A stretch of 32,447 nt of DNA from Ruminococcaceae bacterium UBA1213 (GCA_002309275.1 DBXL01000046.1:1-32447); one strand, 5' to 3'. Counted from the stretch's first letter, positions 9,581 to 18,984 are shown. A program made the numbers and translations. Notes: generated by a model from the letters alone, not told the origin.

Positions 9581-9655
9581 CTTTTACAAAAAAAACTCGC
9601 TTAACTCATAATTATGCATTATGAATTATGCATTAGATAAGGGGTGCATTAGAGC

Positions 9656-12160
9656 TTGAATAACCAGCAAAATTCTCAGATTTCAAAAATTATTCCCGTT
9701 GACATAGAGGGAGAGATGAAAAAATCTTTCCTTGACTATTCCATGTCTGTTATCGTGTCCCGTGCCCTGCCGGATGTGCGTGACGGTCTGAAGCCTGTCC
9801 ACAGGCGAATTCTCTATTCACAATATGAAGATAATCTCACCCCCGACAAGCCTTATAAAAAATGTGCAACTACTGTCGGCAACGTTCTCGGACGTTATCA
9901 CCCTCACGGCGACAGTTCTGTTTATGACGCTCTTGTAAGGCTCGCTCAGGATTTCTCTATGAGATATATCCTCGTTGACGGTCACGGCAACTTCGGCTCT
10001 GTTGACGGCGATCCCCCTGCGGCTTACCGTTATACAGAATCCCGTATGAGCAAAATAAGCGTTGAAATGCTTACGGACATCGATAAGGAAACTGTTGATT
10101 TCATACCCAACTATGACGACAGCAGAAAAGAACCTGCTGTACTGCCGTCAAGATTTCCTAATCTGCTTGTGAACGGCTCAACAGGTATCGCAGTAGGTAT
10201 GGCTACCAATATCCCTCCGCACAACCTCAATGAAGTGGTTGACGCTGTGAAATGCCTGATTGATAACCCCGATGCGACTCTTGATGAATTGATGGAGTAC
10301 ATAAAAGGTCCCGATTTTCCCACAGCAGGCATTATTATGGGTAAGAGTGGTATAAGGGCTGCCTATGCGACAGGACGTGCAAAAATTGCTGTGCGTGCAA
10401 AGGCTGAAATTGTCGAGGATAAAAACGGCAGATTTAAAATTGCCGTTACAGAGCTTCCCTATCAGGTGAACAAGGCAAGGCTTGTTGAAAGCATTGCCGA
10501 CATGGTAAAAGATAAGAAAATCAATGGTATTTCCAATATAGACGACCATTCCGACAGAAACGGTATGCATATAGAAATTTCTCTGAAAAAAGAGGCTTCT
10601 CCGAATATCGTTCTCAATAATCTTTATAAAAACTCTCAAATGCAGATAACCTACGGCATTATTCTGCTGGCAATCGTCAACGGTGAGCCTAAAATCCTCA
10701 CTCTTAAATCAATGCTCCAGAATTACATTGATTTCCAGTTTGACGTTATTACAAGGCGTACAAGATATGACCTCAGAAAAGCTCAGGAAAGAGCCCATAT
10801 TTTGGAGGGCTTGAAAATTGCCATTGATTTCATTGATGAAGTGATAAAAATCATTCGTTCTTCAAGCGATACAGCAAGTGCTAAACAAAATCTCTGTGAG
10901 CGTTTCGGTCTTGATGACATTCAGGCTCAGGCTATCGTTGATATGCGTTTAAGACAGCTCTCCGGACTTGAAAGAGAAAAAATTGAAGATGAACTCCTTG
11001 CACTCCTTGCTAAAATTGATGACTTCAAAGATATTCTTGATAAACCTGAAAGAGTTTATGATATTATCAAAACCGAACTCAATGCCATTAAACAGAAATT
11101 CGGTGACGAGAGAAGAACTCAAATCGAAAGTATCAGCGGTGAAGTTGATATAGAGGATTTGATACCGCATGAAGAATGTGTTGTTACTATGACAAATTTC
11201 GGTTATCTCAAACGTCAGAAAGCGGATATTTATAAAACTCAAAGACGTGGCGGGCGTGGCATTTCCGGCATGAACAGACGTGCCGAAGATGTGCCGATTG
11301 ATATGTTTGTCGGAGATACACATGACTATGCACTTTTATTTACCAATCTCGGAAAGGTCTATCAAATGAAGTGCTATGAGATTCCCGAAAGCTCCCGTAC
11401 TTCAAAAGGCATGAATATTAATAATCTTCTCCAGCTTCTGCCAAATGAAAAAATCACTTCCATGATAAAAATGCCCCAAACCGGTGATGAAGGCATGTAC
11501 CTTGTCATGATAACCAAAAAGGGACTTATCAAGCGTACTGCTACAAGCAATTTCCGCTCTGCAAGAAGAAAAACAGGTCTTAATGCCATATCCCTCAATG
11601 AAGGTGATGAGCTTGCATGGGTTCGCCTGACTGACGGAAATGCAGACCTGCTTATTGCAACGGCGAACGGTAAAGCCCTGCATATTGCAGAAAATACCAT
11701 ACGCCCCTCCGGAAAGTCATCTCAGGGTGTAAAAGCGATAAGACTTCTGGGAGATGATGAAGTAATAGGTATGTCCATATTAAGAGATGGAGCTTATGTC
11801 TTTACCATATCGGAAAACGGTTTCGGCAGACTTACTCCTCAAAGTGAATATCCTATCCACGCAAGAGCAGGTCAGGGTGTCAATAACTACAAGATTTCCA
11901 AAAACGGCAGAGTTGCCGCTATAAAGGCGGTTGACCTTGATGATGATATTATCATTATGTCGGACAACGGTGTTATGATAAGAGTATTTGCAAAGACAAT
12001 ATCCGTAGTTGCAAGAACAAGCAGGGGTGTCAAAATTATGAAAATGTCTGATGACAGCAAGGTTGTTGCTGTTGCCAGAGCTACCCATGAGGAAGATTCA
12101 AACGATACCGAAATTACTGATGAAAATACCGAAATTCAATCCGAAAATACAGCCGAATAA
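9656..12160 (+). CDS. gyrA: DNA gyrase subunit A
   Basis: 834 aa with the DGLKPVHRR motif, the catalytic AAYRYTE region and C-terminal beta-pinwheel repeats. TTG start 9 nt after AAGGGGTG. Confidence 0.98.
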   Translation: MNNQQNSQISKIIPVDIEGEMKKSFLDYSMSVIVSRALPDVRDGLKPVHRRILYSQYEDNLTPDKPYKKCATTVGNVLGRYHPHGDSSVYDALVRLAQDFSMRYILVDGHGNFGSVDGDPPAAYRYTESRMSKISVEMLTDIDKETVDFIPNYDDSRKEPAVLPSRFPNLLVNGSTGIAVGMATNIPPHNLNEVVDAVKCLIDNPDATLDELMEYIKGPDFPTAGIIMGKSGIRAAYATGRAKIAVRAKAEIVEDKNGRFKIAVTELPYQVNKARLVESIADMVKDKKINGISNIDDHSDRNGMHIEISLKKEASPNIVLNNLYKNSQMQITYGIILLAIVNGEPKILTLKSMLQNYIDFQFDVITRRTRYDLRKAQERAHILEGLKIAIDFIDEVIKIIRSSSDTASAKQNLCERFGLDDIQAQAIVDMRLRQLSGLEREKIEDELLALLAKIDDFKDILDKPERVYDIIKTELNAIKQKFGDERRTQIESISGEVDIEDLIPHEECVVTMTNFGYLKRQKADIYKTQRRGGRGISGMNRRAEDVPIDMFVGDTHDYALLFTNLGKVYQMKCYEIPESSRTSKGMNINNLLQLLPNEKITSMIKMPQTGDEGMYLVMITKKGLIKRTATSNFRSARRKTGLNAISLNEGDELAWVRLTDGNADLLIATANGKALHIAENTIRPSGKSSQGVKAIRLLGDDEVIGMSILRDGAYVFTISENGFGRLTPQSEYPIHARAGQGVNNYKISKNGRVAAIKAVDLDDDIIIMSDNGVMIRVFAKTISVVARTSRGVKIMKMSDDSKVVAVARATHEEDSNDTEITDENTEIQSENTAE

Positions 12161-12167
12161 AAATACA

Positions 12168-12204
12168 AGCCCGATTTTCACAACGAAATCGGGCTTTTTT
12201 GTTT
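12168..12204. terminator. Bidirectional rho-independent terminator (gyrA / mtnN)
   Basis: Stem AGCCCGATTT (12168-12177) pairs with AAATCGGGCT (12186-12195), followed by T5-G-T3. An A-rich 5' flank serves the opposite strand. Confidence 0.85.
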
Positions 12205-12901
12205 AACTGTTTTTAACGAAATCAATAATTATCTTTATGGATTTTTTGGCGGCTGACCTGCTGAATACACTGTATTCTACAGCGTCATCTTCTTCACTCA
12301 TGCTGTCCGATATGGCACGGATTATCCCAAACGGGACTTTATTCAAATAGCATACCTGTCCGATACTTCCGCCTTCCATTTCACACGCTATGGCATTGAA
12401 ATCTTCATTCAGTGCAGAACGTCTTACATTTCCTGTGATAAACTGGTCGCCTGTTGCAACTGTGCCGATGACATAGTGCATTTCCCCTATGTTTTCACAT
12501 GACTGCTTTATCCTTGTAACAACCTCTTTATCACACGGAATATAATCGATATTTCCCTCCGGTAAAAAGACTGTCCCTCTTTTATCTCCTATTGCAGTCG
12601 TATCCATGTCGTGCTGTATTACATTCTCTGCTATCACTACATAGCCGATATGCGTGTTAAGGCTTGTACTTCCGCCTACTCCCGTATTGATTATCATATC
12701 AGGCCGGTATTTTAAAATAAGTGTCTGTGCCGCTACCGCTGCATTTACCTTGCCTATTCCGCACTTCACAACAACACATTCTTTACCACTGATTTTTCCT
12801 TTGGTATATGCATTTCCACTTATCCAATCAGTGGTTCTGTCGGTCATTTCGGCAATGATTCCGCTGACCTCTATTTCCATCGCTCCTATGATTCCTATCA
12901 T
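12203..12901 (-). CDS. mtnN: 5'-methylthioadenosine/S-adenosylhomocysteine nucleosidase
   Basis: MIGIIGAMEIEV... and the C-terminal EMEG motif typical of Pfs/MtnN. Start taken at ATG 12901 (GAGAG upstream). ATG 12922 is the alternative. Confidence 0.9.
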   Translation of the reverse strand: MIGIIGAMEIEVSGIIAEMTDRTTDWISGNAYTKGKISGKECVVVKCGIGKVNAAVAAQTLILKYRPDMIINTGVGGSTSLNTHIGYVVIAENVIQHDMDTTAIGDKRGTVFLPEGNIDYIPCDKEVVTRIKQSCENIGEMHYVIGTVATGDQFITGNVRRSALNEDFNAIACEMEGGSIGQVCYLNKVPFGIIRAISDSMSEEDDAVEYSVFSRSAAKKSIKIIIDFVKNS

Positions 12902-12928
12902 ATGTTTTTGCTCTCTTTCCATGCATAT

Positions 12929-13615
12929 TTAACTGTTTTCAAGGTATTCTTCAAGGGTAATATCTTTTTCATATATCTCTTTGGCGACTTCCTCTCCTAC
13001 ATACCTTATATGCCACGGCTGATACATAAAGTCAGTTGTCTGAACTTTTTCCTCTGGGTATCTCAATATAAATCCGTAGTCTGCCATTACAGAATGTATC
13101 TCTTTAAGTATGGCTTCTGTCTGCATAAGTTCTTTATCTGTATCTATCTTTTCACCTGCAAAGTACAAACAAATGTCTATTCCCAATCCCGTCTGATTCT
13201 CTGAATAATTCGGCTCGCCCTGATAATTATAGGCATATTCCTCTCCATACTCGTTTGTGTATTCTTCAATGAGGTCTTTCTGCTCATCTGCATCAAGATA
13301 GGCTCGGTTTATCTCTATCTGCACTTCCTGCATCAGCATTTTTTCCCTTAATTCAAGAAAATGCTCATATGTTTCTTCTTCTATTCTGAATGCTCCGCCA
13401 AAAAAATTCTTGCCATCAATGATATTTACCGACTTTTCATAATGCTCGGGCAGCTTATTTGTACGGTTTACAAGCACGAGATAATTTCTTTCAGGTATAG
13501 AAATATCTGACTGTTCAGCAACAGAATTGATACTGTTTTCAACGGGCTTTTCATCACAGCCTCCGAAACAAACTGCTAAAAGCCCTGCTATAAAGCATAC
13601 CAACAGCTTTTTCAT
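12929..13615 (-). CDS. VanY/peptidase M15B-like lipoprotein (predicted catalytically inactive)
   Basis: Signal peptide with lipobox (MKKLLVCFIAGLLAVCFGGC). C-terminal QPWHIRYVG and SENQTGLGID correspond to the VanY motifs EPWHxRYVG and SxHxxGxAxD, but with H->N and E->Q. Confidence 0.8.
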   Translation of the reverse strand: MKKLLVCFIAGLLAVCFGGCDEKPVENSINSVAEQSDISIPERNYLVLVNRTNKLPEHYEKSVNIIDGKNFFGGAFRIEEETYEHFLELREKMLMQEVQIEINRAYLDADEQKDLIEEYTNEYGEEYAYNYQGEPNYSENQTGLGIDICLYFAGEKIDTDKELMQTEAILKEIHSVMADYGFILRYPEEKVQTTDFMYQPWHIRYVGEEVAKEIYEKDITLEEYLENS

Positions 13616-13616
13616 A

Positions 13617-14498
13617 TTATTCCTCCCCGCTTTCGTCTTTTATTTCGTCGGGAAGAACCGCTCCCGCATACTTGTTATATACATATCCGTCAGGCACTTC
13701 TCCCGTCTGAAGCCGTCTTTCATATTTATCTTTATCAAATACATATCTTTTCAAAAGCATATATATTCCTATGCATAATGCAACGATGCTTATCCATTGG
13801 GATGTTGAAAGGGAGAATATATATCCTCTTATCACATCTCCCCTGAAAAACTCATCTGCAAATCTGACAACGGCATATATGATAAAATACAGGGCAAGCA
13901 GACTGCCTTTTTTTAACCTCTTTTTATCAAGCCATACGAGGATAAACATGATGATTATATTCAGACAAGCCTCTATCAGCTGTATGGGCAGGCGTGTTAC
14001 GTCATTCACAGGCGGATCAAGATATTCATTATGATATACTACTCCCCAACTGCTTTCCACTCCATAACAGCATCCCGCCATAAAACACCCTATTCTGCCA
14101 AATGCATGGAAAAATGGTATCACAGGGGCATATATATCTGCATACAAATTAAAGTCTATCTTTGCAAGACGACAGTATATATATGCTGTCAGCACTCCGC
14201 CGAACAGCCCTCCGTAAAATACCATTCCTCCACAGGCTTCCGTAAACGAATACAAAAAATTCTCCCATGCCTTCGCACTCAAAAATATATTCAGCCTTGT
14301 TATAAAATACAGCAGTTTGGCTCCTATAAATGCTCCCGCCGCTGAAAACAAGGGAATATTGATTATCTGAATATAATTGAAGTCACGCCTTTTTTTTGTA
14401 TTAAGGTGAATGATTACTCCTGAAAAAATAATCCCCAGAAATACACATACACCATACATTGATATTCTTATTCCCAGAACGTCTATAAACGGTAACAT
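13617..14498 (-). CDS. lgt: Prolipoprotein diacylglyceryl transferase
   Basis: Lgt motifs GGLFGGVL, HAFGRIGCFMAGCCYG and RLPIQLIEA. Start at ATG 14498, overlapping the upstream stop as TAATG. The ORF-track start at 14600 lies inside the upstream gene. Confidence 0.93.
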   Translation of the reverse strand: MLPFIDVLGIRISMYGVCVFLGIIFSGVIIHLNTKKRRDFNYIQIINIPLFSAAGAFIGAKLLYFITRLNIFLSAKAWENFLYSFTEACGGMVFYGGLFGGVLTAYIYCRLAKIDFNLYADIYAPVIPFFHAFGRIGCFMAGCCYGVESSWGVVYHNEYLDPPVNDVTRLPIQLIEACLNIIIMFILVWLDKKRLKKGSLLALYFIIYAVVRFADEFFRGDVIRGYIFSLSTSQWISIVALCIGIYMLLKRYVFDKDKYERRLQTGEVPDGYVYNKYAGAVLPDEIKDESGEE

Positions 14499-15034
14499 TA
14501 CATTCCCAAAAACTGCCTGATTCCTGCACAAGCGGCTATGCAGGCAAACGACACTCCGCTTATCAATATTCCGATGATACCCAAAATAATGCCTGTCCAT
14601 GACATGGCACCTCTCGGCATATTATATGAAATATTCTGATTTCCGCCCATTACTCCGAATACAATACCGCCTATTCCACAAATCAGAGCAACTATATTGA
14701 TGATATTGGCTGCTACCGGTGCACCTGCAAAAAAGTTACATATCAATGCAAGCACTACACTACATATACTCAGTATCATTCCACGCATTGCTACGGCTCT
14801 GCCCGGTTCCTCTCCGCTGTAATTCGGAAGATTAGGCATGAAGTCTGCATTCTGTCTGGTAGAGCTTTCTCCGTTCGGTCCTACTGCACGGGACGGATTG
14901 ATTTTGGAATCTATCTCCGACTTCTCTTCTTTCAGCTCTTCCGGCAGCTCATACTTCTCCTCAACAGGTTCATCAAGCTTTTCTGCAAGCTCGTCAATAT
15001 CCGGCATTTCAAATTTACTTTTGTTCTCGTCCAT
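14498..15034 (-). CDS. Membrane protein with acidic N-terminus (DUF4190-like, hypothetical)
   Basis: About 80-aa Glu/Pro-rich N-terminus, then Gly/Ile-rich TM helices. AAGGAG RBS 9 nt upstream of ATG 15034. Confidence 0.6.
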   Translation of the reverse strand: MDENKSKFEMPDIDELAEKLDEPVEEKYELPEELKEEKSEIDSKINPSRAVGPNGESSTRQNADFMPNLPNYSGEEPGRAVAMRGMILSICSVVLALICNFFAGAPVAANIINIVALICGIGGIVFGVMGGNQNISYNMPRGAMSWTGIILGIIGILISGVSFACIAACAGIRQFLGM

Positions 15035-15062
15035 TTTAAATATCTCCTTCTATATTTTTATT

Positions 15063-16427
15063 TTAAAAGTCCGAAAGGACTTTTTTGACAATTTCATCTG
15101 TGTGCATTCCCCTTGAACCCTTTACAAGCACTGTACAATCTTTCTCTATTATCTTTTTCAGGGATTCATAAGCCTGTCCATTATCCTCAAATAGCATTAC
15201 TTCTTTACAGCCGTTTTCTTTTGCACCCCTTGCTGTGTGTCTTGAAATTTCGCCGACTGCTAAAAGTGTATCTATCCCAAGTTCTGCAAGGTGCTTTCCT
15301 ACTCCGTAATGCTCACTTTCTGATTTCTCTCCCAGTTCAAGCATATCTGCCAATACAGCTATCGTCTTTCCACTTGCAACACTTTTCAATACATTCAACG
15401 ACACCTTTGCTGCCTCCGGACTGGAATTATAGCTGTCATCTATCAAAATAAAATCTTTCATTTCATGTATCTGCTGACGCATGGGAGCATTTTTATATGT
15501 CATCAATCCGCACTGTATCGTCTTTTCATCAAGTCCGAGATGTTTTCCTACTGCAAATGCCGCAAGTGCATTCTTTACACTATGCTCTCCAAGTGCGGGG
15601 ATATGCAATTCAACTTTCTCTCCGCCAAAGCAACATACAAACTTTGTATTAAATCCCTCTGTCTTTATCTTATCTGCATAGTAGTCATTATCTTTATTAA
15701 GTCCAAATGTCACAGTCTTAAATTTCTGTTTCCCATGCAGAGTTTTTAAAAGTTCATCATCTCCGTTTAAGAACAATACTCCCTCTTTATCAAAGTATTT
15801 CGTTATCCTGAACTTCTCTTTTAAAATATTTTCCTGCGTTCCCAAGTTCTCTATATGGGCAACTCCTATATTTGTCATTACCGCAATATTCGGTCTTGCT
15901 ACGTCTGCAAGTCTGTCCATTTCCCCAAACTCGCTCATGCCCATCTCTATTACTGCAACTTCATTATGTTCCTCTATTTCAAACATCGTCATTGGCAAGC
16001 CTATCTGACTGTTTTTATTCCCCTGCGTTTTCATTACGTCAAAACCTTTGGAAAGTCCTGCCGCAACCATCTCTTTGGTACTCGTCTTTCCAACGCTGCC
16101 TGTTATTCCTATCAATCTTACATTCTGCTTACTTCTGTAATATCCTGCAAGCTTCTGCAAAGCCAAACGACTGTTTTCAACTTTTATATAACAGCCTGTT
16201 GAATTCTCCGAAACTTCATTTTCAGTGAAAACCGCCGCCGCACCTTTTGAAAAACATTCTTCTATAAATTTGTGACCGTCAACTTTCTCGCCCTTTATCG
16301 CTGCAAACAATGTCCCTTCTTTGACAGCTCGGCTGTCATACTGCACATCTGTTATTACTATATCGCTGTTTCCAATTAAAACTCCGTCAACTGCCTCTGC
16401 AATTTCCCCTGCCGTCATTTCAATCAT
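15063..16427 (-). CDS. murF: UDP-N-acetylmuramoyl-tripeptide--D-alanyl-D-alanine ligase
   Basis: 454 aa, Mur ligase P-loop GITGSVGKTSTKEM and MurF-type N-terminal domain. Overlaps the murE stop by 8 nt. Confidence 0.95.
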   Translation of the reverse strand: MIEMTAGEIAEAVDGVLIGNSDIVITDVQYDSRAVKEGTLFAAIKGEKVDGHKFIEECFSKGAAAVFTENEVSENSTGCYIKVENSRLALQKLAGYYRSKQNVRLIGITGSVGKTSTKEMVAAGLSKGFDVMKTQGNKNSQIGLPMTMFEIEEHNEVAVIEMGMSEFGEMDRLADVARPNIAVMTNIGVAHIENLGTQENILKEKFRITKYFDKEGVLFLNGDDELLKTLHGKQKFKTVTFGLNKDNDYYADKIKTEGFNTKFVCCFGGEKVELHIPALGEHSVKNALAAFAVGKHLGLDEKTIQCGLMTYKNAPMRQQIHEMKDFILIDDSYNSSPEAAKVSLNVLKSVASGKTIAVLADMLELGEKSESEHYGVGKHLAELGIDTLLAVGEISRHTARGAKENGCKEVMLFEDNGQAYESLKKIIEKDCTVLVKGSRGMHTDEIVKKVLSDF

Positions 16428-17886
16428 TTACTGCACCTCCTATGATTCCTTTTATAACTTCCCTTTCGTCATAGTGTGTCTTTACGCCCATTTTATCCTG
16501 ATAATCTTCGTGTCCCTTGCCTGCAAGCACAATTATATCTCCATCTTTCGCATTCTCTATGCAATATCTTATTGCATCTGTCCTGTCAGGAATTACAATA
16601 TACTTTCCCTCCGTTTTTTTAAGCCCTTTCTCTATATCTGCTATTATATCCATGACATCTTCATATCTCGAATTGTCCTCCGTCACTACCGACAAATCTG
16701 AAAGTTTACCCGAGATTTCTCCCATTTCATAACGCCTGTCTTTTGAACGTCCTCCGCCTGCCCCAAACAATGTTATGAGTCTGTTCGGCTTATATTCCCT
16801 CAGCGTTTCAAGCACGTTCTCCATACTTACCGCATTATGTGCATAGTCTATCAGCAAAGTGTAATTCCCCTCTACCTTTACCGTTTCAACTCTGCCCTTT
16901 ACTTTCACTTCGTTCAAACCGTCATATATATTTTTTTCACTTACTCCAAAATGTCTGCATACTGCCATTGCACAAAGGGCATTATATACATTGAACTTTC
17001 CCGGAATATCTACATCTACCGACATATTCCATACTCCCTCTGTTTCAAAATGTACCCCTATATATCCGAAATCCGATAGGAGATATTCATTTTTTGCCCT
17101 TAACTGCACATTCTCTCCAAATCCAAATGTTTCTATTCTTTCGCAAGTGTTATTCTCAATCATCATCGGAGTAACTTTATCATCTGCATTTACAATCCCG
17201 ACTTTACATTGACGAAACAGCCTTGACTTACACTCTATATACTCCTCCATAGAAGCATGTTCTACTCCGCCTATATGGTCATGTGACAAATTCGTGAACA
17301 TTCCATAATCAAAATTGATTCCATAAGCTCTGTATAACTTCAGTGCCTGTGACGATACCTCCATAACCGCACATTTGCACCCTTTATCTATCATATCCTT
17401 CATGGCTCTGTGCAGTTCATAGGATTCAGGAGTTGTATTTGATGTTTTGGTTATTTCGTCACCTATAATTATTCCTATCGTGCCTATGATGCCTGTCTTG
17501 ATACCTGCCTTTTCAAGTACAGCCTTTATCATGAATGCACTGGTAGTCTTCCCTTTTGTACCCGTTATGCCTATCGTTTTAAGCTTTTCTGCTGGTCTGC
17601 CAAAATACTCTGCACTCATCAGTGCCAATGCTTTTCTCGTGTCCGCCGTCTTTACGACTGTAACCCCTTCTACCTCTATATCCCGGCTGACAACTATCGC
17701 TGCCGCTCCCTGCTCCACTGCCTTCTGAACAAAGTCGTGTCCATCAAAGTTTGCACCTACCATGCACACAAATACACAATCCTTTACTATCTTCCTTGAA
17801 TCATATATCACATCTGATATTTCTACTTCAAGGTCTCCCTGTAAAAGCTTATATTCCGTATTTTCAAGCAGTTTTTTCAATTTCAT
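16420..17886 (-). CDS. murE: UDP-N-acetylmuramoyl-L-alanyl-D-glutamate--2,6-diaminopimelate ligase
   Basis: P-loop GITGTKGKTT. EDNSRYE sits at the position of the DAP-specifying DNPR motif, with the Arg retained. Start at ATG 17886 (GGGGG 8 nt upstream) rather than 17913. Confidence 0.95.
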   Translation of the reverse strand: MKLKKLLENTEYKLLQGDLEVEISDVIYDSRKIVKDCVFVCMVGANFDGHDFVQKAVEQGAAAIVVSRDIEVEGVTVVKTADTRKALALMSAEYFGRPAEKLKTIGITGTKGKTTSAFMIKAVLEKAGIKTGIIGTIGIIIGDEITKTSNTTPESYELHRAMKDMIDKGCKCAVMEVSSQALKLYRAYGINFDYGMFTNLSHDHIGGVEHASMEEYIECKSRLFRQCKVGIVNADDKVTPMMIENNTCERIETFGFGENVQLRAKNEYLLSDFGYIGVHFETEGVWNMSVDVDIPGKFNVYNALCAMAVCRHFGVSEKNIYDGLNEVKVKGRVETVKVEGNYTLLIDYAHNAVSMENVLETLREYKPNRLITLFGAGGGRSKDRRYEMGEISGKLSDLSVVTEDNSRYEDVMDIIADIEKGLKKTEGKYIVIPDRTDAIRYCIENAKDGDIIVLAGKGHEDYQDKMGVKTHYDEREVIKGIIGGAVND

Positions 17887-18075
17887 ATAGTAAGCCCCCA
17901 TTTTATATACCATTCTCTGGCAGCGTCTCCGCTACTACATTAAATGCACTTTAAGCATATTTTATCACACTGTTGACAACTCTGCAATAATAAATATTCC
18001 GTTTTTTCAACAGCTTTTTGCACTTTTGGTCAATAATTGCACAATTTGATTTTTTTTGACAAGTTTGAAAGAAAT

Positions 18076-18097
18076 TTTGTCAAGAATACTTGACAAA
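18076..18097. promoter_or_regulatory. Palindromic operator candidate TTTGTCAAG-N4-CTTGACAAA
   Basis: Perfect 9-bp inverted arms (18076-18084 and 18089-18097) overlap the -35 of the downstream promoter. A related half-site, TTTGACAAG, lies at 18055-18063. Confidence 0.5.
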
Positions 18098-18118
18098 TTC
18101 CCTTTTCTGTGTTAAGAT
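18090..18118 (+). promoter_or_regulatory. Putative sigma-A promoter of the membrane-protein/XRE operon
   Basis: -35 TTGACA (18090-18095), 17-nt spacer, extended -10 TGT-TAAGAT (18110-18118), 50 nt upstream of ATG 18168. Confidence 0.55.
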
Positions 18119-18167
18119 AAACTCACAGAAAATTTTGAGAACAGAATGTCTGAACGGAGACGCTCTT

Positions 18168-18485
18168 ATGGATAAAAAAGAAATCCTTGACAAAAATAAA
18201 AAACAAAATCGTAATTCCCTTGACGAAAGAGAGCAGAAAATATACAATACCTCTTTTGGTGTAGGAGCGGTTATTGTCGGTGTACTGTGCGTTGTCTTCA
18301 GTATCTACAGGTTTTGCCATCATCAGATGTTCTATGAGTTTGCTGCTATCATTACCGCTTACCTTTGCACGACTTTCCTTTATCAATATAAAAATATAAG
18401 AAAAACAGCATATCTTATTGCAGGAATTTTGACCGGTATTGCCGCAGCTCTTACCGCTACATTGTTCTTTATGGTGAATGCGTGA
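18168..18485 (+). CDS. Small membrane protein paired with an XRE regulator (DUF6442-like, hypothetical)
   Basis: MDKKEILDKNKKQNRNSLDEREQKIY... followed by three TM helices. GGAGA RBS. This N-terminal KEEIL...DERE pattern recurs upstream of short XRE genes in Firmicutes (family call from memory). Confidence 0.6.
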   Translation: MDKKEILDKNKKQNRNSLDEREQKIYNTSFGVGAVIVGVLCVVFSIYRFCHHQMFYEFAAIITAYLCTTFLYQYKNIRKTAYLIAGILTGIAAALTATLFFMVNA

Positions 18486-18703
18486 TGAATGATATAGTTT
18501 TTCAGAATAAATTGAGAATTGCTCGTGCGGAAAAAAGAATCTCCCAAGGGGAACTTGCCGAAATGGTCGGCGTTTCAAGGCAGACTATCAGTTCTATTGA
18601 AAATAACCAGTTCTGTCCCAGTGCTAAACTCGCTCTCCTCCTTTGTATCGCTCTCGACAAAAAATTTGAGGAGCTCTTCTACTTCGGAGATGGCGATATA
18701 TAG
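18485..18703 (+). CDS. XRE-family helix-turn-helix transcriptional regulator
   Basis: ISQGELAEMVGVSRQTISSIENNQFCPS is a classic Cro/C1 HTH. ATG 18485 overlaps the upstream stop (TGATG). GTG 18482 is the alternative start. Confidence 0.85.
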   Translation: MNDIVFQNKLRIARAEKRISQGELAEMVGVSRQTISSIENNQFCPSAKLALLLCIALDKKFEELFYFGDGDI

Positions 18704-18734
18704 ATTATAAGTTTACTTCATATACATTCCTCCT

Positions 18735-18785
18735 AAAAAAAGCAGCAATTCCCGATTGTATATCGCAATCGGGAATTGCTGTTTC
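18735..18785. terminator. Bidirectional rho-independent terminator
   Basis: 16-bp perfect stem (18743-18758 pairs with 18766-18781) with a 7-nt loop. TTT follows on the + strand, and A7 on the 5' side gives a T7 tail on the - strand. Confidence 0.75.
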
Positions 18786-18984
18786 AATTACTTCATGTAT
18801 ATCCCTCTAAAGTGAAATATTATACTTTAAGTATTATTAAAAAATATTTTTAATTCTTTTAAAGCAACTTTTATGCCTCACACTATAATATAATATTACC
18901 TGTACAGATTCTTTATGTAAATTATGCCGAGTATTTCGGCTTCTTCAATAGCTAACCACAACCCGCTATGGTTATTCTGAAAGT

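Noticed and set aside
18168-18703. Small membrane protein plus XRE as a toxin-antitoxin or abortive-infection pair
   Set aside because: The gene order, the 3-TM protein with a conserved cytoplasmic N-terminus and the lack of any toxin fold fit the common housekeeping-type membrane-protein/XRE module. I have no sequence evidence for toxicity.
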